A stretch of 64,000 nt of DNA. Source: Eledone cirrhosa. Taxonomy: Eukaryota. The stretch is taken from NCBI GenBank assembly GCA_964016885.1, contig OZ024741.1, positions 269,762,001-269,826,000 on the forward strand. The letters are read 5' to 3'. This document shows positions 12,801 to 25,596 of this stretch, in pieces. Position 1 is the stretch's first letter. Every line of letters begins with the position of its first letter. A model generated the notes under the pieces. That model was given only the letters and a program-made list of their open reading frames with translations. It had not been told where the DNA came from and made no database searches. Both the position numbers and the translations under genes were made by a program.

Positions 12801-13160
12801 GAACTCCAACCAAAATTAAATAGAAAACATGAGTGGAACAGCAACATCACAACTTACAATTAAGGACAAAATGAAAACACACACGCACATAGAACAAACA
12901 ACTAACCAGTAACATGTAAATAAACAAATAAATAAACGAATATAAACACACACAGACACCCGGATGTAACACATGCGCAAACTAAGCACACAACACATAC
13001 ATGGCGTAGGACAGAACACATAGATGGCGTAGGACAGAACAAAGGAGAGGCACAAAAACAAAGAAAAGAATACCCAGTCACTGAAGAGGTCACAGAATGT
13101 GTGACGAAAGAACTTTGACAATATATAAACAACCATCTGGTTGTGGAACCAACCAACCAA
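9805..13160 (+). mobile_element. Penelope-like element B, forward copy (probably Neptune-type)
   Basis: Contains the RT + Cys-linker + GIY-YIG ORF. Upstream PKYATFNKVNMIKCLSEIEKSFTKLRW (~9804-9890) is a PLE N-terminal motif separated from the ORF by an ACA-rich tract. Confidence 0.9.
10278..12863 (+). CDS. PLE polyprotein: reverse transcriptase + GIY-YIG endonuclease (861 aa open, N-terminus truncated)
   Basis: Motifs PTDKSG, LRKDHK, PTRPV, GSMDVVSLYPSI, GAAIG, SRYVDD, LPVLD, CIDKKCIIC and VVYSIRC...YIGETARSVGERLNEH. Confidence 0.92.
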   Translation: MKGEGRLWTEKITKTNTQTHNIDNNNEPEERDRSNNERHRNNHEAVGGNRNRNNTTNNNNNTSTHKAAAWNSTFYNPSDKSFDLRRVHATTLAFNKRTQLPSQVDEQTEAQFSIARSKLRNIIERYSEKHNRMEAQQLGEKSANGLRKLMQCSRNGEIACFPTDKSGRMSVDSLPNYIQAMQPHITNTREVTPQQHEDREKALNAHMMMWKNIMQPNKRTANNFQACNNDVPALYRLRKDHKTSTDSVTGPPTRPVCGPNIVSNYRLSYFLSLIIRPIIEMSPDVCDSTEDLLSRIGESNRSRDLRNCIIGSMDVVSLYPSIDVDFAVEKCVEMISENNVEFRGIDTSDLGLLLKLTYSNNYLHTYDLSNLCPQRPARGRPPTIISMAKKTHTDRWNGWTRAIRTPENHDELKEMIAHAVGASIKLTLKEHMFKFNGKTYAQEEGAAIGVSIAGDIANLFMVWWDSRLKLKLKEQLEDPLILIMHSRYVDDINIVVKTPPIENSQELEKNTMESIQQISNYIHQSIRVTIDYLSKHPNHRLPVLDTELWLDTINNKKQILHSHYAKPMTSKYLIHRNSAVSDHTKINILIADLVRVMRNVSRMCNPEELEIHIQHFIHRMQFPGNNQRDRIRVYRGARTKWEKMVNNDTNGTCPLYRSKFWNRIERTRNKANRINSWYDSNKYQIVMFIDTTPRDELAYKFRRALDKHKLNIKIVERPGTSIKTLISNTYPFERPPCIDKKCIICKLSPHINCKTRNVVYSIRCTEGQCRDKNIVYIGETARSVGERLNEHWRDLQDSKQSSVLYQHAKIEHKGKLENIEIKIESTHRKDAMFRQITEAINELQPKLNRKHEWNSNITTYN

Positions 13161-13265
13161 CCGGAAATTTATAAATTCCTAAATTTATAAATTTATTATA
13201 ATAAATTGAAGTAAAAGCATATGGTGCGTGTGTTTCTTATTGGCAACATGACCCTCCCAAAGTAT

Positions 13266-13324
<59 letters not shown>

Positions 13325-13325
<1 letters not shown>

Positions 13326-13825
13326 TATTATCTCTTTCTCTTAATTTCGAGTATATTTTTTTGACCGGCCACCTACCTGGTGGCAAGGCTGTAAAAGAAA
13401 AGAAATTGTCATCCCTTGAATCGCAAGAATGTTTTGCAAATTTTGAAGGTGCCAGCTATCGCAACCATTTGTAGACTATAAATTAGGGAGCTGCGCTCTT
13501 TGTCCGTAAATCCAAGTTCAGTTATACATTGGTCCAAGCGGGTTGGTATATAACCCGTAGTTCCAATAATGATGGGTATGAAGCTAAAGGTGTATCTTGG
13601 ATACTGGATTTGCAAACTCCTCATCAATGGTCCGTACATATCCCCCTTCTCCTGTATTTTTCTGACAACGTTTACATCAAGTGGGCAGCTGATCTCCACA
13701 ACAGAACACGTTTTCAATGTGTGGTCCCAAACAACAATATCAGGCCGGTTGTGCTTTAATTTGGTGGCATTTTTTATATTCAGGTTCCACCAGTATTCCT
13801 TAGTGCCATCTGTCTAAATATATTC
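13325..13825 (-). mobile_element. 5'-truncated R4/Dong-type RLE LINE (endonuclease C-terminus + 3'UTR)
   Basis: KEYWWN...KHNRPDIVVWD...VVEISCP...IPIIIGTTG, a PD-(D/E)xK restriction-like endonuclease. Related to, but distinct from, the two plus-strand copies. Confidence 0.85.
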
Positions 13826-13826
13826 T

Positions 13827-13827
<1 letters not shown>

Positions 13828-13858
<31 letters not shown>

Positions 13859-14012
13859 TGTATGTATGTATGTATGTATGTATGTATGTATGTATGTATG
13901 CATGTATGTATGTATGTATGTATGCATGTATGTATGTATGTATGCATGCATGTATGTATGTATGTATGTATGTATGTATGTATGTATGTATGTATGTATG
14001 TATGTATGTATG
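13828..14012. repeat. (TATG)n microsatellite
   Basis: Direct reading. Confidence 0.97.
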
Positions 14013-14951
14013 TCAGGTCACCAGTTGGTGCTACTGGTAACATGTATCCCAGTACAACCTGTCTCATGGTCGGGTCGTTGGCGACTAAATTGGCGACCCC
14101 GCCAAGGTTTCTTGGTGAGGAGGGTGACTTTGGACATCCTGCAGGACTAAAAACAAAACCTGTCAAAGGGCAAAGGAGCTCTTAAGAGTCAATGGCCATC
14201 CAAAATCACCGGGAGAGATGACCCCTTAGCCTTTGTCAAGGCAGAATTCAACGAGAAGGAAAACTCTGATATAACACCTGCAACCCTGATGGTATCCAAT
14301 GATGTTGACTGGTTCTTCTTTTTGGTAAATATCATCTTGGTTAAGAGAGTGGGACTGGCTTTGTGCAGTGGCTTTGCTCACTATAAAAGTTTCACAGCAC
14401 AGGCATTGCTTTATATCTGGAGATATCTCTGCACTTGTCGTCACATGGTACCAAGGGCCCAGCACTATGTGTCAATAATTGTCACAAGTGTAGTGTTTGT
14501 ACCAGAGTTTTCAAGTCACTGGCTGGACTAAAAAGTCACACTCGTTCAGCGCATCGGTAGGGGTTCTCCTACATGGATATAAAGTAGTGGCCGTACTCGA
14601 AAACGAGTTGGCAGCCACCAAGTATGTGTGTATATATATAGAGAGAGAGAGCGAAAGTGAAAGAGAAAGAGAAACACAAGAAAATTAGAGATATTTGTTT
14701 TCTATGAACAATAGTGTTGAGATAAAATAACTCATAGAAATGTTTGAATACTAAAGGAGATTTAATATATTTATAGAGTGGGTTGATAACTTCGGTTAAT
14801 TCCGTAGAAATAGAGTAGCATTTCATATATGTTATAGGGTGAGTTGGGTTCGGCTAATTGATATTTTCCTTAGAGAGATAAATTCGGTTAAACAAGATTT
14901 TCTTTACAAATACACTAACATCTCAAATCTGTTATAGAGTGAGATAAGTTC

Positions 14952-17122
14952 GGTGCGACAACTTAGGAGGAATATGGCTACAGTCTGGCTGGACTACAGG
15001 AAAGATTTCGATTCTGATCCCCACTCTTGGATGATAGAGGCCCTCCAACTTGCTAAAGTCCCAGACATTATTGTCAGAGCCATAGAGAGGCTGTCTTCTT
15101 CTTGGGCTACTATCCTAAGGTTAAAGACAGAGAGGGAGGACTCTATTTTCACTGATAAAATAAAATATTGCAGGGGTATATTTCAGGGGGCACAGTCTCT
15201 CTGTGATATTGTTCATCTTGTCATTAAACTCCTTGTTCATTCTGCTCAAGAAATGTGAGGGATACATCATTGGCTTACAGGAGGACAGAAATACGAACCT
15301 AACCCATAATTTCTTTGTGGGCGATCTGAAACTCTATGCCAAGAACATGGATGGGATGAAGAAAAATCTTGACCTGGTTACAACGTTCTCAAAGGATATA
15401 GGAATGTAGTTTGGCCAAGATAAATGCGCATATATGACTGTAAAGCGGGAAAAAACAACAACCCAATCTAGCAACATTGTCATCAATGGTCTAACTGTTT
15501 CACCGATATCTGATGAGGACTGCTACAGATACCTGGGGATAGATGAGAACATATCCTATAATGGTATCTGTAATAAAGAACGCGTAACCAGGGAATACTC
15601 CATCCGATTAAGAAAGATCTGGTCATCGGAACTCTCTGCGCAAAACAAAACAGTGGCTCACAATGTGTTTGCTGTGCCTGTCCTAACACCAACGTATGGA
15701 ATACTCAATTGGACAATAGACGAAATCCGAGCAGTTGATATTAGAACTCGAAAAATACTGAACAACACCGGAAACTTCCACATCAACAGTGACATAGACC
15801 GCCTTTACTTGAAACGTAAGCAGGGAGGCAGAGGCCTAACACCAGTCCATACAAGATTTGAATGTCGCATCATATCTCTCCGACAACATGTACGAACCTC
15901 GAAGCGTAGGAGCCCGTTTCTCGAGCAAGTCTATCTGCATGAAACAGATAAGATCATGAGAGTTAGGAAGGAACTCCTTAAGAGATATTCCCAGTGTGAT
16001 AATCAAAATCTCACACCCAGGGATGTCGCTCAGCAGTATCGCAGAGAATCCATGGATGAAAAACTGCATGCCTATCAGCAAAGAATCATGCATGGATATG
16101 TTGCCATGAAGCTCCAGAGTGAGAGTAATATAAATAAGGAAAGTAGTCTATCTTGGACCAACAACCGCTATATTGGCTCCCACTTTGAAGAATACGCTTT
16201 TGCAATCCAGAAACAGGAGATTAGCACAAAAGAGATAGGGGTGCAGGCAAAACAGCTAGATGTGATAACAAGTGCAGACTCTGCAGAACTAACATCGAGG
16301 ATATCACCCATGTCATCAGCAACTGTCCAAAGATGTCATCGCGGTACTATCTACCTATGAGGCATGATGTAGTGGCCAAAACACTGTACAATGCAGTTCG
16401 TAAAAAAGATAGCCCCGATAATAAACACATTAAAAGCTACAACAATGTGGAGGACATCCATGTACATGGTATGAAAGAGTACTGGTGGAATGTTCCAGTA
16501 AAAACCCCAATAAAATGCAGGCATAACAGACCAGATATTATGATATGGGACAGGGAGAAGAAAACATGCACAGTAGTGGAAATTAGCTGCTCAGCAGATG
16601 CCAATATAATATCAAAGATTAGTGAAAAGGAGAATATTTATGCAGAACTGATGAGAAATCTGCAGATACTCCACCCTGATTACACCTTCATATTTATGCC
16701 TGTGATTATTGGGGCACTGGGATATGTTGGTAACTGCCTCAATACAAATCTTGAGCCTCAATATAAATCTTGAGAAGCTAGGCTTCACAGGAACAGAAAG
16801 AACACAACTAGTTAGGAAACTACAAGTACAATCCATTAATGGAACAGTAAAAATATGTAAAACATTCCAAAAATGTTGCAACTAATAACTGCATATACAC
16901 ATGTACAGATACAAAGCATATACACATGCACATTTACAACTCAAAACATCCACATCCACACATACAATAACATCCATATCTACACATGCATGCTTACATA
17001 CATATCTACCTTGTTGATGTGTAAATTCCAATGAGAGAGTCTTGTGTCTATGTTAGAAACCGACTCTCTCTCTCTATTGGTAAAACTTTGTGAAATTATA
17101 AAACCAGAAGAACATACATACA
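14952..17122 (+). mobile_element. R4/Dong-type RLE LINE, copy 1 (5'-truncated, decayed)
   Basis: RT motifs WLDYRKDFDSDPH and RGIFQG; RLYLKRKQGGRGL; zinc knuckle region; RHD and NRPDI RLE motifs. Ends AAAACCAGAAGAA-CATACATAC. Confidence 0.92.
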
Positions 17123-17264
17123 CGTGCTACAGGTCGCCATGCTACTAGACTTCCTAGCAGCCAGGTCGAACAGCGCCTTGAAACAACTATGCCTGTAAAA
17201 AACTTGATACCACCTGTACCATCTAAGTCTACCTCGAATGCTGAGGAAAACACTATTGATAATA

Positions 17265-17453
17265 ATAATTGTTTCTACTTTTGGCACAAGGCCAGCAATT
17301 AACCAGTGCATTACTGGTACTTTATTTTATCGACCCCGTAAGAATGAAAGGCAAAGTTAACCTCGACGGGATTTGAACTCAGATAGTAAAGGGACGTAAC
17401 TATGCTGGAAAGCATGGCGTCCGACCTTCTACCGATACTGCCAATTCACCACC
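17265..17453 (-). mobile_element. tRNA-derived SINE (Meta-domain-like core)
   Basis: Reverse complement of 20817-21010 and 63165-63358. A box TGGCAGTATCGG, B box GAGTTCAAATCC. Confidence 0.85.
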
Positions 17454-17484
17454 TTTATTATCGATAATAATAATAATCAAATAA

Positions 17485-20400
17485 ATGTGACACCACGTGT
17501 ACCATCCGAGTCTAGCTCGACTGTTGTGGGAAATACTATCGATAATGATAATCAAGAGTATAAACTATTGAAAATTTCCCTCAACAAATCTTCCAGAGAG
17601 AACGCCTGTTTATATGCCTTAGCAACGACAGTGAAGCATTATCTTGGTGATAGCAGAGATATTAACTAGAACAAAGCGCCACCAAAAATGCCATCATATA
17701 TAACTAAAATAGAAAAAAAGATTACTGACCTACAAAAAACCATAGGATATGTCACAATGCTCCTTACATGCAAACAAACACAAAAAAACCTCACTCCTCG
17801 CCAACAAAGAGTGAAAAATAAAATAGAGAAGATGTTTGGTAACAGTAGAACCAGAACTCTTCAATATAAGCTGATCACCCTCAAACCAGAATTGAGAGCT
17901 GTTAGCGAAAAACGCCGATACCTGAAGAAGGTAGATGAGAGAAAAGTGCTTAATAAAATATTCAGACGAAACCAAACATCAGTATATAGAGATATGAAGA
18001 AAAAAATAATAAGTGTCACTGAGGCCCCATCCCAGAAAGACATAGATTCCTTTTGGAGAAAAATATGGGGTGAGAAGAAGAATTTCAACCAAGATGCAGT
18101 AGCTAAAAGAAATCCGAAAGAACTATTGCTCCTACACTACAACAAAAACATACGAAATAAGTGAGGGTACCCTTGAGTCTGTGATAGGAAATTTCCAAGA
18201 TAAGAAAACACCAGGAAGAGACATTATTGTCGGCTACTGGTACAAGAAACTGATATTCTATCGGAGGTATCTTACTGACCTCTACCAACAAGTTCTTAAG
18301 GGAGATACACTTATACCAGAATGGTTGACATTAGCACAAACGTTACTGGTCCCCAAGAACAAAGGCACCCACTTGGCAAAAAAGTACCGACCCATTGCAT
18401 GCCAGAACCTGATGTATAAGATGTATATAGGCTGCCTGAACCTATTCCTCCAAGATCACTGTAGAAATAATAACATCATCACAGATGAACAAGCAGCTGG
18501 AAAGAAAGGGGTTTGGGGATGTGCTGAACAACTCCTAATCAAAAAAACTGCGATGTCGGAGGTGCGACAACTTAGGAGGAATATGGCTACAGTCTGGCTG
18601 GACTACAGGAAAGGTTTCGATTCTGTTCCCCACTCTTGGATGATAGAGGCCCTCCAAATTGCTAAAGTCCCAGACATTATTGTCAGAGCCATAGAAAGGC
18701 TGTCTTCTTCTTGGGCTACTATCCTAAGGTTAAAGACAGAGGGGGAGGACTCTATTTTCACTGATAAAATAAAATATTGCAGGGGTATATTTCAGGGGGA
18801 CAGTCTCTCTGTCATATTATTCATCTTGTCATTAAACCCCTTGTCCTTTCTGCTCAAAAAATGTGAGGGATCCATCATTGGCTCACAGGAAGACAGAAAT
18901 ACGAACCTAAACCATAATTTCTTTGTGGACGATCTGAAACTCTATGCCAAGAACATGGATGGGATGAAGAAAAATCTTGACCTGGTTACAACGTTCTCAA
19001 AGGATATAGGAATGTAGTTTGGCCAAAATAAATTCTCATATATGAATGTAAAGCTGGGAAAAACCCAATGTAGCAACATTGTCATCAATGGCCTAACTGT
19101 TTCACCGATATCTGATGAGGACTTCTACAGATACCTGGGGATAGAAGAGAACATATCCTATAATGGTATCTGTAATAAGGAACGCCTAACCAGTGAATAC
19201 TATACCCGATTAAGAAAGATATGGTCATCGGAACTCTCTGCGCAAAAAAAACAGTGGCTCACAGTGTGTTTGCTGTGCCTGTCCTAACACCAACGTATGG
19301 AATACTCAATTGGACGATAGACGAAATCTGAGCAGTTGATGTTGGAACTCGAAAAATACTAAACAACACCGGAAACTTCCACATCAACAGTGACATAGAC
19401 CGCCTTTACTTGAAACGTAAGCAGGGAGGCAGAGGCCTAACACCAGTCCAGACAGCATTTGAATGTCGCATCATATCCCTCCGACAACATGTACGAACCT
19501 CGAAGCGTAGGAGCCCGTCTCTCGAGCAAGTCTATTTGCATGAAACAGATAAGATCATGAGAGTTGGGAAGGAACTCCTCGAGAGATATTCCCTGTGTGA
19601 TAATCAAAAACTCACTCCCAGGAAGGTCGCTCAGCAGTATCGCAGTGAATCCATGGATGAAAAATTTCATGCTTATCAGCAAAAAATCATGCATAGATAT
19701 GTTGCCATGAAGCTCCAGAGTGAGAGTAATATAGATAAGGAAAGTAGTCTATCTTGGACCAACATCCACCTATATTGGCTCCCACTTTGAAGGATACGCT
19801 TTTGCAATCCAAGAACAGGAGATTAACACGAAATACCTGATTCACAAAAGAGATAGGGATGCAGGCAGAACACCCAGATGTGATAACAAGTGCAGACTCT
19901 GCATAACTAACATCGAAGATATCACCCATGTCATCAGCAGCTGTCCAAAGATGTCATCGCGGTACTATCTACCTATGAGGCATGATGTAGTGGCCAAAAC
20001 ACTGTACAATGCAATCTGTCGAAAAGATAGCCCCGATAATAAACACATTAAAAACTACAGCAATGTGGAAGACATCCATGTACATAATATGAAAGAGTAC
20101 TGGTGGAATGTTCCAGTAAAAACCCCAATAAAATGCAGGCATAACAGACCAGATATTATGATATGGGACAGGGAGAAGAAAACATGCACAGTAGTGGAAA
20201 TTAACTGCCCAGCAGATGCCAATATAATATCAAAGATTAGCGAAAAGGAGAATATTTATGCAGAACTGATGATAAATCTGCAGATAATCGACCCTGATTA
20301 CACCTTCAGATTTATGCCTGTGATTATTGGGGCACTAGGGTATGTTAGTAACTGCCTCAATACAAATCTTGAGAAGCTAGGCTTCACAGGAACAGAAAGA

Positions 20401-20700
20401 ACACAAACTAGTTAGGAAATTACAAGTACAATCCATTAATGGAACAGTAAAAATATGTAAAACATTCCAAAAATGTTGCAACTAATAACTGCATATACAC
20501 ATGTACAGATACAAAGCAGATACACATGCACACATACAACTCAAAACATACTCATGCATGCATGCGTACATAATCTACCTAGTTGATGTTGTGTAAATTC
20601 CAATGAGAGAGTCTTATGTCTATCTTAGAAGCCGACTCTCTATTGGGAAAAAATTTGTGAAATTATAAAACCAGAAGAACATACACACATACATACACAT
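17485..20700 (+). mobile_element. R4/Dong-type RLE LINE, copy 2 (longer, decayed)
   Basis: KKTPGRD, YRPIACQN, EQAAGKKG, DYRKGFDSVPH, QGDSLS, FVDDLKLY, CCHC and RLE motifs. Highly similar to copy 1, including a shared in-frame stop after DIGM. Confidence 0.93.
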
Positions 20701-20816
20701 AAGTTTCAATAACACTAAGTTGTTTATTTAAGACGCTGCTTTTTCTATTCACATCCTTTCGTCTCCAGGGCTAATTTACCGAATATATTCAACTATTATT
20801 TGTAGTTATTTGAATT

Positions 20817-21010
20817 GTGGCGTGGATTGGCGGTATCGGTAGAGAGTCGGACACTCTGCTTCGCAGCATAGAGTTATGTCCCTTTATGTTCTGAGTACGA
20901 ATCCCACCGAGGTTAACTTTGCCTTTCATCCTTACGGGGTCGATAAAATAAAGTACCAGTAATACCCTGGGATAATTGCTGGACTTGAGCCAAAAGTAGA
21001 AACAATTATT
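20817..21010 (+). mobile_element. tRNA-derived SINE (Meta-domain-like core)
   Basis: A/B-box-like head followed by GCCTTTCATCCTTACGGGGTCGATAAAATAAAGTACCAG. Three copies in the window. Confidence 0.85.
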
Positions 21011-21012
21011 TG

Positions 21013-22330
21013 AATTATGTAGTTCCTAAGAGGAAAACAACCATATTTTCAAATTTGTGAATAAGTTTGAGAAAGAGGGAATAGTGGAGAGGAAAACTGG
21101 ATCAGGAGGTGATAACCGCAAGAGGGATCATATTTTCAATCTGGAGCTGAAGAGATCAATAAGAAAAGATCCAACTCAATCCATAAGACGTTTGGCAAGG
21201 AGGAGTTTCAGCTATGACAGTTGAAAGAGCGGTGACAGAAGACTTGGAAATGAAATCATATGTGAGACCTGTGAGGTACCTTGTTACTCCAGGCAAAAGG
21301 TTAGAAGGTTGGAGAGGGCGAAGATCATCTGGAACAAAGTGAAACAAAGTGAAACATAATCCTGGAGTGATTTTTTACACAGATGAGAAGAATTTCACCC
21401 AAGATACGCACACAAACAGACGCAACAACTGCGTTCTGTCCTCTGATCCTCACGAGAGAGACAAAAATGTCATTTTCAGGTGCAAAACACCTGCCAAATT
21501 CATGATTTTTGCCTGCGTGGCCTCTGATAGAAAGAAGATGTCATTGATCCTGTTTAAGAAGGCTGAAAGACTGACAGGAGTTTGTTATGTTCAGGTTTTG
21601 AAAGATGTAAAGACCTGGATACTTTCTGAATATCTTGAGGCAAGAGATGAGGGAAACCCCAACAAGATCTCTAAGGACTTCAAGTTTACATTCCAGCAAG
21701 ATGGAGCTCATTGTCACACAAGTGTAGTGGCTAAAAATTTCTCAGGGATGAGTTTGGGAACAAGTTGTGTGATAAGGACACATAACACCCTTCATCGCCT
21801 GATTTGAACCCATTAGACCAGGCATGAGAAACCTTTTTCGAGAAGGGGTCTGCATGAGATATGGCTCATCATCAGGAGGACCGCGAGTGCTAATTTACAT
21901 TCCTGCCCACATTAAAAGAAGTGGCGGTAACTCAGCTTGTTTTGATTTGTTTCTTCAGAATTCGTACACGTTATTTTTCTCGGTCGTAAAAATGATAGAA
22001 AGATAAATTACGACTGAAAAGTTGGGGTAAAAAAATCAGAAAGATTTCACTTAGGTGACTTAGGCGAGCCATTCAGCATCTGGAATGAACTGGTCAGAAG
22101 AGTTTGTGAGAAACCTCAAAGAATCCTGGAAGCCGTCAAAATTTCCATCCGTAGGACATGGGAGGCGGACATTGATGTGGAATTCATTAAGAAAGCTTGT
22201 GGTGCAGTCAGGAAGGTGGTTGAGGAAATCATTGCCAAAAGAGGAGAAACTCTTGGTGCCTAACAGGTAGGATATCGGCCAGGATTGTCTCTGATACTTT
22301 GGAATAAAACTTTAATCTTCCATTCAAACT
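21013..22330 (+). mobile_element. Decayed Tc1/mariner transposase (DD37D/maT-like spacing), interrupted at ~21819-22070
   Basis: VIFYTDEKNF, FQQDGAHCHTS and PSSPDLNPLD, resuming as FSIWNEL after the insert. About 38 residues between the second and third Asp once a frameshift is repaired. Confidence 0.8.
21819..22070. mobile_element. Insertion with a hAT-like left end inside the transposase
   Basis: Begins CAGGCATGAGAAACCTTTTT and splits PLD|FSIW exactly. No right TIR or TSD was found. Confidence 0.5.
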
Positions 22331-22557
22331 TTATTCCAATCCTTATGAACTCCCAATGCTGAGCTATGGTTAATTATTTATGAAATTGTCAGTTTTATTC
22401 ATGATCAACTTCATCAACTTGTTTTTGCTCAAAGTAGAGACCAATTATGTTAGAAAATCCCCCTGACAATTCCATTAAGTTATCTTTAAGCATTCCTAAG
22501 ACACGGAGGCTCGAAGTTGATTCTAAAATTGGGACAATTGGGACAATATATATATAT

Positions 22558-22642
22558 AAAGAAGAAGAAGAAGAAGAAGAAGAAGAAGAAGAAGAAGAAG
22601 AAGAAGAAGAAGAAGAAGAAGAAGAAGAAGAAGAAGAAGAAG
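22558..22642. repeat. (GAA)n microsatellite
   Basis: Direct reading. Confidence 0.97.
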
Positions 22643-22954
22643 ATCGCCCCCCCCCCCAGCGAAACATACTCACTCTTTTCAATTGACATGCTTAAGATCG
22701 ATCAATGATCAATATAAAGGCAATGTAACGATGTATTACAATCAACAAGGTGTGTGAGAGAAATTAACACGGAGAGAGATCCGCTCCAACCAGTTCTGTC
22801 GATATAGTTCCGACAATTTCCGTCACCTGATCATGTATTAATCTCTATTGCTTGTCGTTTATTGATTTTATAAATACCCGGGGATTACATCTGTCTGTCA
22901 ACTAAATGGTACAATAATCTTCGTTATTCATAGTTTCCCAACTCGCTGTATTAA

Positions 22955-23009
22955 TGTATATGTGAGACATTGTATTAGCATTTAGGATACAAATCACTTT
23001 TCTGAATCG

Positions 23010-23097
<88 letters not shown>

Positions 23098-23155
23098 AAA
23101 GGATTCAGGAAAGTGATTTGTATGCTAAATGCTAATACAATGTCTCACATATACA
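22955..23155. repeat. 54-bp inverted repeat with a (TA)n(GA)n loop
   Basis: 22955-23008 matches the reverse complement of 23102-23155 with about 2 mismatches. Confidence 0.9.
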
Positions 23156-23170
23156 ACATATACAACAACA

Positions 23171-24534
<1,364 letters not shown>

Positions 24535-24543
24535 ATACATAAA

Positions 24544-24630
24544 CCGACGAACCTGCAGATCCAGAATCAGACAGATCCACACAATGATCGTGTCTCGAGC
24601 TGTCTGCCGGCGAAACAATTGTAACACACA
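24544..24630 (+). ncRNA. Degenerate hammerhead motif in a ~130-bp island between microsatellites
   Basis: CCGACGA, a long stem II, then CGAAA-CAATTG-TA. The 5' strand of stem I is not evident. Confidence 0.45.
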
Positions 24631-24667
24631 ATAAATTGAGTTCAGATGCATCACTGATTTTTCGTTT

Positions 24668-24846
<179 letters not shown>

Positions 24847-25015
24847 TATATATATATGTATATACAGACACAGACACATATATATATATATATAAATGAA
24901 AATAGAGAAATTAATGTAAGCAAGAAGCCAACAGTAATTCAGACATATAAGTGACTATTACGTTAAGATGAAAAATATTTAACGTAAGATATGGGAAAAT
25001 AATTTAATCCAAATT

Positions 25016-25063
<48 letters not shown>

Positions 25064-25289
25064 GGGATAACAGGTTATCGTTATGGCAGTCCACTTAGAT
25101 GTAGTCCAGTTGGAGTAGTTATTGTAGTGGATAGTATTAACGTGTGGCTTAGTTTGACCCAACAAGACGTTTCCATAGTGATGCTGCAGTGATTTTTATG
25201 TAGTTTATACTTGGAGTAATAATAATTCAAGAAAGAAGATTGACATGGTTCGCTATACAATAAGAACTTCTAGTATATATATATATATG

Positions 25290-25488
25290 TACGTGGAGAA
25301 ATATATATAAAGGAGAACAAACCGTTAAAACATTTAACGGTTTTAACGGTTTGTTCTCCTTTATATCTATTTCTCCACGTGTATCCGCTCTGCTGATTTT
25401 CTCGCCCACTAGATATTAACACTTCTAATATTTAACACTGCAGGCCCCTTGCATATGCTATTGGCAAATAACTACATGTATCGCCTAT
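25290..25488 (+). mobile_element. Short fold-back remnant of the PLE C terminal region
   Basis: Hairpin 25290-25380 plus a tail matching the reverse complement of ~26760-26920. Confidence 0.75.
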
Positions 25489-25557
25489 TTCTTCTTCTTC
25501 TTCTTCTTCTTCTTCTTCTTCTTCTTCTTCTTCTTCTTCTTCTTCTTCTTCTTCTTC
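25489..25557. repeat. (TTC)n microsatellite
   Basis: Direct reading. Confidence 0.97.
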
Positions 25558-25596
25558 TCTCTCTCGATACTTAATTACTCCATATATATATATATA

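Larger units (their letters stand above)
9705..13271. repeat. ~105-bp inverted repeat pair (9705-9808 / 13162-13271) bracketing the forward PLE B copy
   Basis: ATTGTTATACTTTGGGAGGGTCATGTTGCCAATAAGAAACACACGCACCA... matches its reverse complement at ~13220-13271. Confidence 0.9.

Noticed and set aside
13780-14185. MYVC/YIHT-repeat ORFs and similar poly-YI, poly-E/K/F and poly-V ORFs elsewhere
   Set aside because: Translations of microsatellites.
20817-20910. tRNA gene
   Set aside because: The A/B boxes belong to a SINE head with extended spacing; no cloverleaf can be drawn.
25062-25275. Possible further hammerhead on the minus strand (GGAAACGTC at ~25166-25174)
   Set aside because: No recognisable core or stem I, and no inverted repeat.
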